NCBI GenBank assembly: GCA_965205865.1
Contig: CBDBHR010000023.1
Location: 64,001-128,000 of the forward strand
Reading direction: 5' to 3'
Origin: a bacterium
GTDB lineage: Bacteria > SAR324 > NAC60-12
Length of the DNA: 64,000 bases
Part shown: positions 1-11,118 of the stretch, piece by piece
How positions within the stretch are numbered: the first letter of the stretch is position 1
Layout: each line of letters begins with the position of its first letter
Notes under the pieces: generated by a model
Told to the model about the DNA's origin: nothing
The model's database searches: none
The model's input: only the letters and a program-made list of their open reading frames with translations
Program-made: the position numbers and the translations under genes

Positions 1-968
1 GTTCTGCCTTGGTTCCGCCCTATGTCAGAAAAACCAGATCCCTGGAAGCAGCATTACCATGGCTGTACCTGAAAGGTGTTTCTACCGGAGAGATGGAGGA
101 AGCATTAAAAGTCCTGGTCGGTCATGATGCACTGGGCCTCTCAGCCAGCACTGTCTCACGCCTCAAGAGTGAATGGGCAAATGAATATCATCATTGGCGG
201 GAGGCACCACTGGATGAAGACCGCTGGGCCTATGTCTGGGTAGATGGCATCTATTCAGGTCTTCGATCCGAGAAAGATAAACTTTGCGCATTGGTTATCA
301 TTGGAGTCAACGAAAGAGGTCAGAAACGTTTTTTAGCCATCGAAGATGGTGTACGAGAGTCCACTCAGAGTTGGAGAGAAGTTCTGCTGAAACTCAAAAG
401 CCGTGGCATGAATGTTCCTCAGTTAGCTATTGGTGATGGAGCCATGGGGTTTTGGGCTGCCATGGATGAAGTATATCCTCAGACACGTCATCAGCGCTGC
501 TGGGTACACAAAACAGCTAATATCCTTAACTCTCTGCCCAAAAGCTCACAGCCTAAAGCTAAAGAGGCGATACATGAAATCTGGCAGGCAGAGACTAAAA
601 TCAATGCGGAGAAAGCCTTTGAACTCTTCATTGAAACCTATCAGGATAAATATCCAAAGGCCACCCTTTCTCTACAGCAAGATCGTGAAGAGTTACTGGC
701 CTTTTATGATTTCCCTGCTAAACATTGGCAGAGTATACGAACCAGCAACCCGATTGAATCCACCTTTGGTACCATAAGGCACAGAACTAAAAGATCAAAG
801 GGCTGTCTCAATCGTGAAGGAATGCTGCACATGATGTTTAAGCTGGGACAATGCGCAGAAAAGAATTGGAGAAAGTTACGTGGCTTTGATTACCTGGCAA
901 AGGTGATTGAAGGTGTACAATTCTCTGATGGAATCGAGGTGATTCCTGAAATCCGGATTGCCGCTTGA
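1..968 (+). CDS. IS256-family (mutator-type) DDE transposase, 5' part outside window
   Basis: Motifs YVWVDGIY, LAIGDGAMGF, QRCWVHK and RTSNPIES are typical of IS256 transposases. Confidence 0.93.
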   Translation, partial: SALVPPYVRKTRSLEAALPWLYLKGVSTGEMEEALKVLVGHDALGLSASTVSRLKSEWANEYHHWREAPLDEDRWAYVWVDGIYSGLRSEKDKLCALVIIGVNERGQKRFLAIEDGVRESTQSWREVLLKLKSRGMNVPQLAIGDGAMGFWAAMDEVYPQTRHQRCWVHKTANILNSLPKSSQPKAKEAIHEIWQAETKINAEKAFELFIETYQDKYPKATLSLQQDREELLAFYDFPAKHWQSIRTSNPIESTFGTIRHRTKRSKGCLNREGMLHMMFKLGQCAEKNWRKLRGFDYLAKVIEGVQFSDGIEVIPEIRIAA

Positions 969-1002
969 TTTTTAACTCAAACACCACTTTTGACAATAAC
1001 TC
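1..1002 (+). mobile_element. IS256-family insertion sequence (right part, cut by window edge)
   Basis: Carries a transposase ORF. The right end ...CTCAAACACCACTTTTGACAATAACTC (to 1002) is an imperfect inverted repeat (about 20/27) of the left end at 29476. Bases 1-429 match 29857-30285. Confidence 0.9.
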
Positions 1003-1883
1003 ATACGGGTTGCTTCTTCTGCCATAAGGATGGCCCTTAACTGGTCAACATACGGCAAGCGGTTCTCCGGGTATTTCTCGTCGTAGTCCCAGTGGTCAGG
1101 ATTCTTGGTAAAGGTTTTGGAGACACCTTCGACATAGTCGGTCAGCATAAAGGGCCCGCTGCCGACCACGTTCTTCCAATCCTCATAGTTGCCGTAATGC
1201 TCGATCACGTCGCGGGGTAGTATCCAATTCTGATTTGCGTTGAGGATTGGATGTAGCGCGTCGAGGGATAGCCTTGTCATCTTCATGACAACCGTGTATT
1301 TGTCGGTGGCTTCTATCGATTCCCATGGCAGGTTGAAAAGGGGGCCAGGCTTAAGGGGACGTTCGGTGAAGTCACCCTGAGCGGTAAGGCGCTGATAGGT
1401 ATAGACGACATCATCGGCGGTTAGCTCCCGACCGTTTACTAAGCGACTGGCCTCACTGTCCGGATCAAGAGCGTAGTGAACGCCCTGACGGATGTGGAAG
1501 ATGTAAGTTAGTGGGTCGGGCGTTTCCCAGCTTTCCGCCAGATGCCCTGTCAAGAAGCGCGTAGGGACGTAACTGTCTGTCCAGTCAAATTCTTCCCTAT
1601 CCAGTGCCCAGTCCCCGAGGGCGAGCTTCTCATTAACACCGTCTATGAGCCAGCCCGCTTCCCAGGCAACAGCAAAGGGGTCTACATTGTCGCTTACTCT
1701 TCCACCCCAGGCGTAGGTCAATGTCCCGCCATACTCCGGCGCGGTCACCACCTTGCCGGTGCTGGGGTCCGTCACCATCTTTTTATCAGCAGCCACGGCT
1801 GCCGGGCTGACCCAGATTGCGATCACGGCCAGGATGAAGGTTAAAAATATTGATTGGATTTTTCTGTTTTTTCTAGTTTTCAT
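1003..1883 (-). pseudogene. Family-5 (Opp/Dpp) ABC solute-binding protein, truncated by IS256
   Basis: Paralogue of 53719-55554 (VTDPSTGKVVTAPEYGGTLTYAW...MAEEATR). Similarity stops exactly at the IS256 end (1002/1003). The ORF extends in frame upstream to 2063. Confidence 0.88.
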
Positions 1884-1946
1884 ATTTCCTCTTACAATTG
1901 AGGTGAAATAAAAAGATTCACCACACCATTGGACGAATCGGATTTT

Positions 1947-1988
1947 CGCTCCCCGCTTTCGCGGGGACAAGTTTGCGAGGACAAGTTT
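1947..1988. repeat. REP-derived mini-palindrome (TCCCCGCTTTCGCGGGGACAAG unit)
   Basis: Hairpin. The same sequence occurs reverse-complemented at 53614-53655, with related units at about 2570-2592 and 61047-61070. Confidence 0.75.
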
Positions 1989-2459
1989 TTGTACAGCAGA
2001 CCAGATGCCTGCCACTTTCGGCCCCACGAGAGGGGCAAAAAGTTGCTTGAAATACATATCCATGAGAACTCCTTATACAAGAGATTGACAATACTTCACC
2101 CAGCCATTGACCCCATCGAAAGAACGGGGGCTCGAACACCCGGATGAGGAACAAAAGATTCCCGGGGAGGATCCATCGCTTTCACGTTCTCTCACGATAT
2201 TGTTCAATCGATCGATCGGGAACCCTCATTTTTCACTAAAACAACTCAGTGAAGGCATGATCCTAGCACAACAACAACAACCCAATGTCAACCCCCCAAG
2301 GCAAAATAAATGCGGGATTCGCAAAAAAATTATAATATAAAATCGATGATGTTTATTGAAAATGTTGGATGGCAAAGGACTGGGAGTTTCCTTTGACCCA
2401 CGACTCTCTTGTGTTGAATTGTGGGATTTCCGGACCCCATACCTTCCAATGTTAAATTA

Positions 2460-2675
2460 ACCTGAGTGCGACATAAATCTTCAATAATATGAGTATCCTA
2501 GTGTATATGTCATCCTCGCGAAAGCGGGGATCCGGATTTCAGTCCGGCTGCATACCTCTGGATTCCTGCTCCCTGCTTTCGCAGGGACAAGCTTCGCAGG
2601 AATGACAAGCTTTCTCTAAGATATGAAGATTCTATAACATATTGAATTTATTAAAATCTTATCTCGAACTCAGGT
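2460..2675. mobile_element. MITE with ACCTGAGT...ACTCAGGT ends, containing a REP doublet
   Basis: Terminal inverted repeats are flanked by the direct repeat TAAATTA (2453-2459 and 2676-2682). Related copies lie at 9104-9191 and 25078-25130. Confidence 0.8.
2508..2607. repeat. TGTCA-tagged REP doublet (REPIN-like)
   Basis: TGTCATCCTCGCGAAAGCGGGGATCC ... GGATTCCTGC..GCAGGAATGACA in inverted orientation; the right REP carries a nested mini-palindrome. Confidence 0.8.
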
Positions 2676-2968
2676 TAAATTACGCTGCGACGCTTTCTGG
2701 CTTTGGGGAGTAGTCGGGAGTCCTGGAGGGAACCTCGGGTGGCTATTAATTGATGGCAAGCAGCACGAAAAAAAGATAAATTTCGGAGCGTCTTCTGCGA
2801 AGGGTCAATGGAAAGAACACTTGCTTGGTGACGCAGCTTCGGCAATCTCCTGATATTTGTGCTATATTTTTAAATTCTCTATCAAATAGAAGTCATTGAA
2901 ATCGCTTCCCAGTCATACCTTTTCTGGAAATTGTGGATGACAATAAGACAAACAGTAGGAGACTAAAG

Positions 2969-4252
2969 ATGGATTGGGATTTGAACCCGCCTCCCCTTTC
3001 AGAGATGAAAGATCGCGATGTCCGTGAAAGAGGCAATCATCTCAAAGGAAAACGGATTGCGCTTTTGCTCACAGGAAGCATCGCTACCTACCGCGCACCG
3101 GATTTGGTCCGAGAGCTACGTCGCGAAGGAGGCGAAGTTGTGGTCTTTATTACGAAAGAAGGTCTGCGCTATGTGAGCAAGGAAGCTTTGGAATGGACAT
3201 CCCTCAACCGGGTGATTGATGAGTTTACTGCAGATGCGGAGCATTTGAGCGATTCTGCTCCATTTGACGCTTATTTGGTCGCGCCGGCCACTTACAATGT
3301 GATCAACAAAGTCGCCCGAGGAATTGCGGATTGTGTTGTCTCATCCACTTTGGCATCCGCGTTGGGGAAGCTTGAACAAAAGCAGACCACGGTGCTGATC
3401 GCTCCTGCAATGCATGGTAATTTGCACAACAGCATCCTGAGCGACTCATTGAAGAAGCTCCGCTCCATGGCAGTCTCTCTCATTCCACCACGCCAAGAAA
3501 ACGGGAAAAACAATTTACCTTCCAAAGAAATACTGGTTGCTGAGACAATTCGAGGAATCAAGCCCTCTCCCCTGAAAGGGTTGGATATTTTAGTAACGGG
3601 AGGATCGACTCCCGTTTATCTGGATAGCATCCGCCGCATCGTCACTCGTTTTACCGGCGCCTTATCAATCGAGATTGCCAAAGAGGCCTACTTTCAAGGA
3701 GCAACGGTACATCTGGTTATAGACGCTCACAGTCATTCCCCTCCCGATTATCTGAAGAGTCATCTTGTAGAAAACTATGACGATTACGGGGAAACCGTTA
3801 AGCAATTGCTGCAAACCAAGCCGATCTCCGCAGGTATTTTTTCTGCCGCTGTTGCGGATTTTCGTCCGGAAACGGTTTTTCCCGGAAAAATGCCCAGTGG
3901 GCAACCTCAAATGCTCAAATTGGTCACTACGGAAAAAATCACCCAACAAGTCTCTGAACAATTTCCAACACTGCTTATGGTCACTTTCAAGTATGAAGAA
4001 AAGCTCAGCCATGAGAAATTGATGACGATTGCCGAGTTTTATTTGAAAAAAGGATCTTCTATTGTCGTGGCAAACCGGGGGGAAGAAAAAGGAGCGGCTG
4101 GAGAACAAGTGGCTTGGTTGGTTGAACAAGATCTGCCGGCTCAAAAAATGGAGGGAAAACCTCAAATTGCGCATATCCTGCTGAAAAGGCTTGCAGAGAA
4201 ACTATCAGGTTCTCCAATTGCGGATGACCAGCCAGTGTCGTTTTTCTTGTGA
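2969..4252 (+). CDS. coaBC: Bifunctional phosphopantothenoylcysteine decarboxylase/ligase
   Basis: Flavoprotein N-domain (LTGSIA, VAPATYN, APAMH) plus DFP domain (VTGG, SAAVADFRP, VVAN). AGGAG RBS precedes ATG 2969. Confidence 0.85.
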   Translation: MDWDLNPPPLSEMKDRDVRERGNHLKGKRIALLLTGSIATYRAPDLVRELRREGGEVVVFITKEGLRYVSKEALEWTSLNRVIDEFTADAEHLSDSAPFDAYLVAPATYNVINKVARGIADCVVSSTLASALGKLEQKQTTVLIAPAMHGNLHNSILSDSLKKLRSMAVSLIPPRQENGKNNLPSKEILVAETIRGIKPSPLKGLDILVTGGSTPVYLDSIRRIVTRFTGALSIEIAKEAYFQGATVHLVIDAHSHSPPDYLKSHLVENYDDYGETVKQLLQTKPISAGIFSAAVADFRPETVFPGKMPSGQPQMLKLVTTEKITQQVSEQFPTLLMVTFKYEEKLSHEKLMTIAEFYLKKGSSIVVANRGEEKGAAGEQVAWLVEQDLPAQKMEGKPQIAHILLKRLAEKLSGSPIADDQPVSFFL

Positions 4253-4477
4253 TGATCTCTTCCTTTGTCCGGTGACCAGAAAAAGTATTGCGACAAATGT
4301 AAGAAAATGAGCAAAGTTTGGTAAATTTATTGCTTATTTGATTCCATTCCGTATATAGTGGATGCTGATTCGGCGGAGGAGACGCCTCCCTCTGATTCCG
4401 AGCCCTTATGAAGAGAGCTTGAAAATTAATTCTGTTGCTCTTTTACTTATGACAAATCGTATAATTTGGAGAATAAT

Positions 4478-5107
4478 ATGAAAAGGTTGATAGTTGCAGG
4501 AATGACACTCGCACTGAGTCTAGGAATGTCAATTGCGGTTTATGCTGCCGGGGATGCGGAAAAAGGGGAAACCCTTTTTAACGTTTGCGCAGTCTGCCAT
4601 GGCGAAAATGGCGAAGGAAATCCCGCGCTGAATGCCCCGGTTATTGGAGGACAGGAAGTTTGGTACGTTGAGAGGCAATTGCAAAATTTCAAAGCCGGTT
4701 TCCGCGCAGGAGATCCAAGAGATATCTATGGCGCCCAAATGCGCGCAATGTCCATGACGCTGGCCGATGATCAGGAAATTGCAGACGTGGCCGCTTACGT
4801 GAACTCCTTGAAACCTCCTAAACCTCCGAACAGCGTGACAGGCGACGCTGCTTCAGGACAAGCGAGTTTTGCGCTTTGCGTGGCCTGCCATGGGGCAAAA
4901 GGGGAAGGAAACAAAGCCTTGAATTCACCTAAATTGACAAACCAGTACGATTGGTATGCAGTGCGACAACTGAAAAATTACAAAGAAGGTATACGAGGAG
5001 TCAATCCCCAAGATCTATTTGGCATGCAAATGCGTCCCATGGCAATGATACTTATTGATGACGATGCCATCAACAATATGGCCGCATATATCAACACTTT
5101 GGAATAA
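4478..5107 (+). CDS. Di-haem cytochrome c4/c553-like protein
   Basis: Signal peptide, two CxxCH motifs (CAVCH, CVACH) and duplicated QL.N.K.G.R...M..M domains. Confidence 0.9.
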   Translation: MKRLIVAGMTLALSLGMSIAVYAAGDAEKGETLFNVCAVCHGENGEGNPALNAPVIGGQEVWYVERQLQNFKAGFRAGDPRDIYGAQMRAMSMTLADDQEIADVAAYVNSLKPPKPPNSVTGDAASGQASFALCVACHGAKGEGNKALNSPKLTNQYDWYAVRQLKNYKEGIRGVNPQDLFGMQMRPMAMILIDDDAINNMAAYINTLE

Positions 5108-5226
5108 AACTCGAGCACAACGGCTTTCTTCTATAACGATTGAAAGCCGGATTCTCCGTTTCGACTCACTCTTTTTGTTATAAATCCGGCTGGATTCTGA
5201 GAGTCCCCCACTCCAATTTAAAAAAA

Positions 5227-5253
5227 TTAGCACTCACCGGACATTAGTGCTAT
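5227..5253 (+). promoter_or_regulatory. CIRCE operator (HrcA site) 1
   Basis: TTAGCACTC-N9-TAGTGCTAT versus the consensus TTAGCACTC-N9-GAGTGCTAA, upstream of groES. Confidence 0.88.
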
Positions 5254-5259
5254 TTTTTC

Positions 5260-5287
5260 TTGATTTCTGAAAAATATCTGGTATATT
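5260..5287 (+). promoter_or_regulatory. Putative sigma70 promoter of groESL
   Basis: TTGATT-16 nt-TATATT with an extended -10 TG, lying between the two CIRCE sites. Confidence 0.55.
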
Positions 5288-5297
5288 CGTAGGGTTA

Positions 5298-5324
5298 ATA
5301 GCACTCACCTTTGTTGAATGCTAT
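5298..5324 (+). promoter_or_regulatory. CIRCE operator 2
   Basis: ATAGCACTC-N9-GAATGCTAT. Confidence 0.8.
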
Positions 5325-5380
5325 TAATTTGAGTAAATAGTAAGCACATTCATATTAACCCTATTGAAATTAGGAGGAAC

Positions 5381-5665
5381 ATGATTCGTCCCTTACAAGA
5401 TCGAATTATAGTAAAACGATTAGATGCGGAAGAGAAGACCGTTGGTGGTATCTTCATTCCGGACACGGCAAAAGAGAAGCCTCAGGAAGGGGAAGTCATT
5501 GCGGTTGGCAAAGGAAAGCGTTCGGAGAGTGGTGAGATACAGGCATTGGACTTGAAGAAAGGCGATCGTATATTGTTCAGCAAATACGGAGGAACCGACA
5601 TCAAGATCGATGGACAAGAGTATCTTATCATGCGCGAAGACGATGTTTTGGGAGTGATTGAATAA
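5381..5665 (+). CDS. groES: Co-chaperonin GroES
   Basis: [13 protein letters not shown]...[25 protein letters not shown]. Confidence 0.98.
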   Translation: MIRPLQDRIIVKRLDAEEKTVGGIFIPDTAKEKPQEGEVIAVGKGKRSESGEIQALDLKKGDRILFSKYGGTDIKIDGQEYLIMREDDVLGVIE

Positions 5666-5693
5666 AACATATCCCAAGGATTATTTTCAGTAA

Positions 5694-7388
<1,695 letters not shown>

Positions 7389-7417
7389 TTCCCGTTTTCT
7401 GCTTTTCAAACGATCTC

Positions 7418-7445
7418 GGGCTGGCAACTTGCCAGCCCTTTTTTC
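7418..7445 (+). terminator. Intrinsic terminator after groEL
   Basis: GGGCTGGCA-ACT-TGCCAGCCC stem followed by a T run. Confidence 0.85.
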
Positions 7446-7461
7446 TGAGAAATATTCCCTC

Positions 7462-7812
7462 CTATCGTTCAGTGGCTTCTAATTCGGCCTTGCAATCGAT
7501 GCAAAAAGTGGTAACCGGCCGAATCTCGAGACGTGGCCGTCCAATCATTTTTCCACAGCTTTCACAAAGTCCGAAGGTTTTGTCTTCAATCCGATCAAGG
7601 GCTTCTTGAATTTTACTCAGCAATTTTCGTTCACGGTCTCTAATCCGTAAGACGGTGTTGCGGTCTGTTTCCAGAGAAGCCCGGTCATTGGGATCAGGAA
7701 AAAGGGTGCTTTCGCTTTTCATTTCATGGACAGTGGTAGTACTTTCAGCTAAGAGCGCCTTTTTCATCTCAAGCAATAATTTTTTAAAATATTCTAAATC
7801 TTCCGGAATCAT
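7462..7812 (-). CDS. dksA: RNA polymerase-binding protein DksA
   Basis: DPNDRA coiled-coil tip and 4-Cys zinc finger (CESC...CIDCK). Confidence 0.93.
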   Translation of the reverse strand: MIPEDLEYFKKLLLEMKKALLAESTTTVHEMKSESTLFPDPNDRASLETDRNTVLRIRDRERKLLSKIQEALDRIEDKTFGLCESCGKMIGRPRLEIRPVTTFCIDCKAELEATER

Positions 7813-7943
7813 ATATACCTCGAAACAATCGATTTCCCATGATGCTCTTTTTCAATAAATCGTCAATTCGCTCCCTCGACTACGGAACAATGATAGGATG
7901 AAGGATCGTCTTTGCTAAGCGTTATGGAGGTATCAGCCAAGGA

Positions 7944-8477
7944 TCAAAAACGGAAAAAGATGCGTTCGTATACACGTTTGGCAAATGCATTGGTGACTTC
8001 ATCAAGTCCACGTCCGATCGTTGAGCCAGTCAACCCCGTGCTGGTTTCTCCTTGTTCGTAAAGGAGAATTCCTCTCGCATTCAAGCCTTTTTCACTCCAG
8101 AGGACGATGTTCTGCTTCCTATCGTTGAGAACAACGATTCCTTTCAACTCCAATTGTAGCACGACTGTGGATCCATCTGCGGAAACAGAGGTTTGTTTGG
8201 CATCAAGGGTCTGTAGTTGGATATCTAAAACCAAATCCGCATCTTGTGGCCTGCCTAATTCTACAGAGGAGTTGTTGCGGAACAATTGCCGCAATCGCAG
8301 CATCAGCCGAGTTTCCAACCCTGCCTGAAAAGTCTGGTTTTGGATAGGGACAATCGCCAAGGTTGTCGCATCAGAAGGGAGTTGGGGATTGGTCCCTTCC
8401 AGTTGATAGCCACACGCGGCTAAACCGATTAGCATGACTATGACTAAAATTCGTAAAATACCAAAGGGCTTCATCAT
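7944..8477 (-). CDS. lptE: LptE-like lipoprotein
   Basis: Lipobox LAACGYQL, IQNQT motif and size all fit the LptE family. Confidence 0.7.
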   Translation of the reverse strand: MMKPFGILRILVIVMLIGLAACGYQLEGTNPQLPSDATTLAIVPIQNQTFQAGLETRLMLRLRQLFRNNSSVELGRPQDADLVLDIQLQTLDAKQTSVSADGSTVVLQLELKGIVVLNDRKQNIVLWSEKGLNARGILLYEQGETSTGLTGSTIGRGLDEVTNAFAKRVYERIFFRF

Positions 8478-8776
8478 CGTCCGTCAAAATCTATTACTTG
8501 ATCGGCCTGAAAAATTACTCTTTTGTTGCCATTTTCAATTCTGCGTTTCTTGCCAGCGTCCAAGTTGGCAATTATCGTTATATACGGAAATTTCAGGAAA
8601 TACAAAACCGGAATGTCTGCTCCGTGAGAGTCCCAAAAGGATTGTCCAGCGGCTACAACAAAGAACTTGTCATCCTCGGGTTCATCAAGTATTTTTCAGA
8701 TCTGTCTTTCCAGAGGAAAAGAAGGTCACGCTGTTAAATCCTCCGTTCCCCTCGAATTCCCGCCATATCTGCAATT

Positions 8777-8853
8777 GCGTCCGTAGCTCAGTCGGATAGA
8801 GCAACGGATTTCTAATCCGTCGGTCACAGGTTCGAATCCTGTCGGACGCGCCA
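8777..8853 (+). tRNA. tRNA-Arg(UCU)
   Basis: Cloverleaf with GCGTCCG/CGGACGC acceptor stem, anticodon arm ACGGA-TTTCTAA-TCCGT, GGTTCGAATCC T-arm and encoded CCA. Confidence 0.96.
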
Positions 8854-9103
8854 ATACAATCAATAATTCAAGTGGCCTTTGCGATAGGTCTCTGCTTAAA
8901 GTACAATAACGGCTCTACATCTTTCTGCAAATGCAGTAACTTCTTTGGAAAATTTTCGACGTCCTCCTCCAGCTTTGATAATTATTAAAGGAGAAACCAC
9001 TAGGTGTGGTATGCGGAGTTAAACCCTTCTGCTGTTTCTCGTTGCCATTTTTGCTGACTTATTAGCCCCTTATGGAATGAACGATGCTATGGTGGGAGGT
9101 CGT

Positions 9104-9191
9104 CTGCTTTCGCAGGAATGACAAGGTTTCTCTAAGATATGAAGATTCCATAACATATTGAATTTATTAAATTCTTATCACGAACTCAGGT
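9104..9191. mobile_element. Right half of the ACCTGAGT-type MITE with a partial REP
   Basis: Near-identical to 2590-2675 (..GCAGGAATGACAAG..AACATATTGAATTTATTAAA..CGAACTCAGGT). Confidence 0.75.
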
Positions 9192-9398
9192 GAAATTAGC
9201 TTTTCTGACCTCATGGCTGCTATGGGACGAAAAACCTGGGGTTGTAAATATTTCAACTCGCAAAAATCACCCGAACAAAAGTTATTTTCTCAGGACAACA
9301 TAAAATGCTTGATTTATCAGCTACTGGCAGCAGCATAATTCTCAATATATGTCTGAAGTCCGGCATTCAAGGACTATAAAAAAAACATTCCATTCCTT

Positions 9399-9692
9399 GT
9401 GGTTTCAGGATATATCGAAGAAAAACGAATTTTGTCGAAAGGAAAATATTCCAATGGAAAAATGGGACTGATTCTACTAACAATTTTGGCACTTTTTGCG
9501 GTAGATGGAAGAGTATCCTATGCCTTTGCGGAAGACGAAGATACGGTTGGCTTTGTCAAATCGATAGAATATGGTAATTACACTGTCGGCCTTGGAATCT
9601 TCAATCTGTCCAAATTACCGGCAGAGGTGTTGAACACGCTGAAGGAATTGGGTTTGGAAAAAAATGTTGCTTTAGGAACAAACCTTAAATAA
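9399..9692 (+). CDS. Small hypothetical exported protein or gene remnant
   Basis: ORF with a signal-peptide-like hydrophobic stretch; no family recognised. Confidence 0.3.
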   Translation: MVSGYIEEKRILSKGKYSNGKMGLILLTILALFAVDGRVSYAFAEDEDTVGFVKSIEYGNYTVGLGIFNLSKLPAEVLNTLKELGLEKNVALGTNLK

Positions 9693-10102
9693 CCTGTAAT
9701 TCTTCCAATTGTGTGAGCAAAATTGGGGGACATGTACACCGCTGCGCATCCCAACTCTACTGTTTTATGCCTGCTGTTACGTGTCCCCTAATTTTGCGTA
9801 TCCATACTTCTAACTTATTTAAATTTCATTCCTTAGTCATCGTGACTCCGACGTCTTGGGCGACCGACTCTTCGGATGACCATAGTTGGCTCATCGTCGA
9901 TGCTGATGGGAGCAAATATCGCAGTCTCGATCCTTTTCTCCAGGATGATCTTGCAAAGAAGGTAGAGGTATTAGGGGGATCACATCAAAAGCATAATTTA
10001 CCGCAGCCGTCCCCGCCACACTTTCGCTCCCAAGCAGGCAAATCCCTTATTGGTTTTCTTCTCGGCAGAACTTCCTCCCATTGATTCCTGGAAACGAGCT
10101 TT

Positions 10103-11098
10103 TCAATATGTATAGCTTTTCAGGTCTAACTCTTTAAATCGGTGACAGGCTACAAAGGCTTCTGGTTTTCCGGGAATTGGTTCAAGCTCAGGTAGTACTT
10201 CTTGGCAAATATCTTTTGCATAGGCGCAACGGGGGTGTAATACACAACCAACCGGTGGATTCGAGGGGTCCGGGATACTGCCTTTTAATAAAATTTCCCG
10301 GGTGCTGCCTGCTTTATATTTTGATATGGCTGCCAATAATGCTTCCGTATATGGATGTCTGGGGTTTTCATAAATATCTTGAGAAGAAGCTATTTCAACA
10401 ATCTTTCCCAAATACATGACGATTATTCTTTCGCTGATATATTTCACGACACCCAAATCGTGGGCGATAAACAGGTAAGATAATTGAAACTCATCCTGAA
10501 GATCCAAAAGCAGATTCAATATTTGAGCTTGAACGGATACATCTAATGCCGAAACAGGCTCGTCACAGACTATGAAATCGGGGTTTATGCTCAGTGCTCT
10601 GGTAATTCCAATACGTTGTCTCTGACCGCCACTGAATTGATGGGGATATTTACGTATATCATGTGCCGATAACCCGACTCTTTCCATCAACTCTTCTGCT
10701 CGCTCTATTCTCTCTTTCTTACTGCCAACGTTATGTATTGCCATCGGTTCGGTCACGATATCCGCAACTTTCATTCTTGAATCCAGCGATGAATAGACAT
10801 CCTGAAACAGCATTTGAAAATGTTTTCTCATACTCTTCATTTCCTTCTTCGGAACTTCAGCGATATCTATAACCTTTCCATTTATATTGAATTCAACACT
10901 TCCCTCTGTCGGTTCATACAACCTGACGATACAACGGCCTACAGTTGTCTTTCCGGATCCACTTTCTCCGACTAATCCGACAGATTCTCCTTTTTTTATA
11001 AAAAAATCCACTCCATTAACGGCCTTGTTATAATTCACAATCTTGTAAAAGAAACCTTTGCGGTTGGGAAAGTACTTTTTAAGACCTCTTACCTGCAA
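10103..11098 (-). CDS. Opp/Dpp-family ABC ATP-binding subunit (OppF/DppF-like)
   Basis: GESGSGKT, FSGGQRQR, CDEPVSALD and a C-terminal HPY/Cys domain. The true start may be slightly upstream. Confidence 0.93.
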   Translation of the reverse strand: MQVRGLKKYFPNRKGFFYKIVNYNKAVNGVDFFIKKGESVGLVGESGSGKTTVGRCIVRLYEPTEGSVEFNINGKVIDIAEVPKKEMKSMRKHFQMLFQDVYSSLDSRMKVADIVTEPMAIHNVGSKKERIERAEELMERVGLSAHDIRKYPHQFSGGQRQRIGITRALSINPDFIVCDEPVSALDVSVQAQILNLLLDLQDEFQLSYLFIAHDLGVVKYISERIIVMYLGKIVEIASSQDIYENPRHPYTEALLAAISKYKAGSTREILLKGSIPDPSNPPVGCVLHPRCAYAKDICQEVLPELEPIPGKPEAFVACHRFKELDLKSYTY

Positions 11099-11118
11099 TA
11101 TATTTTCGTTAGGCGTAT

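Noticed and set aside
2090-2300. Riboswitch in the SBP leaders (also 53280-53400)
   Set aside because: Some hairpin potential, but no aptamer consensus that I recognise. An Rfam/Infernal scan would be needed.
8777-10100. Integrative island at tRNA-Arg
   Set aside because: Degenerate remnants follow the tRNA, but I found no integrase and no duplicated tRNA 3' end in the window.
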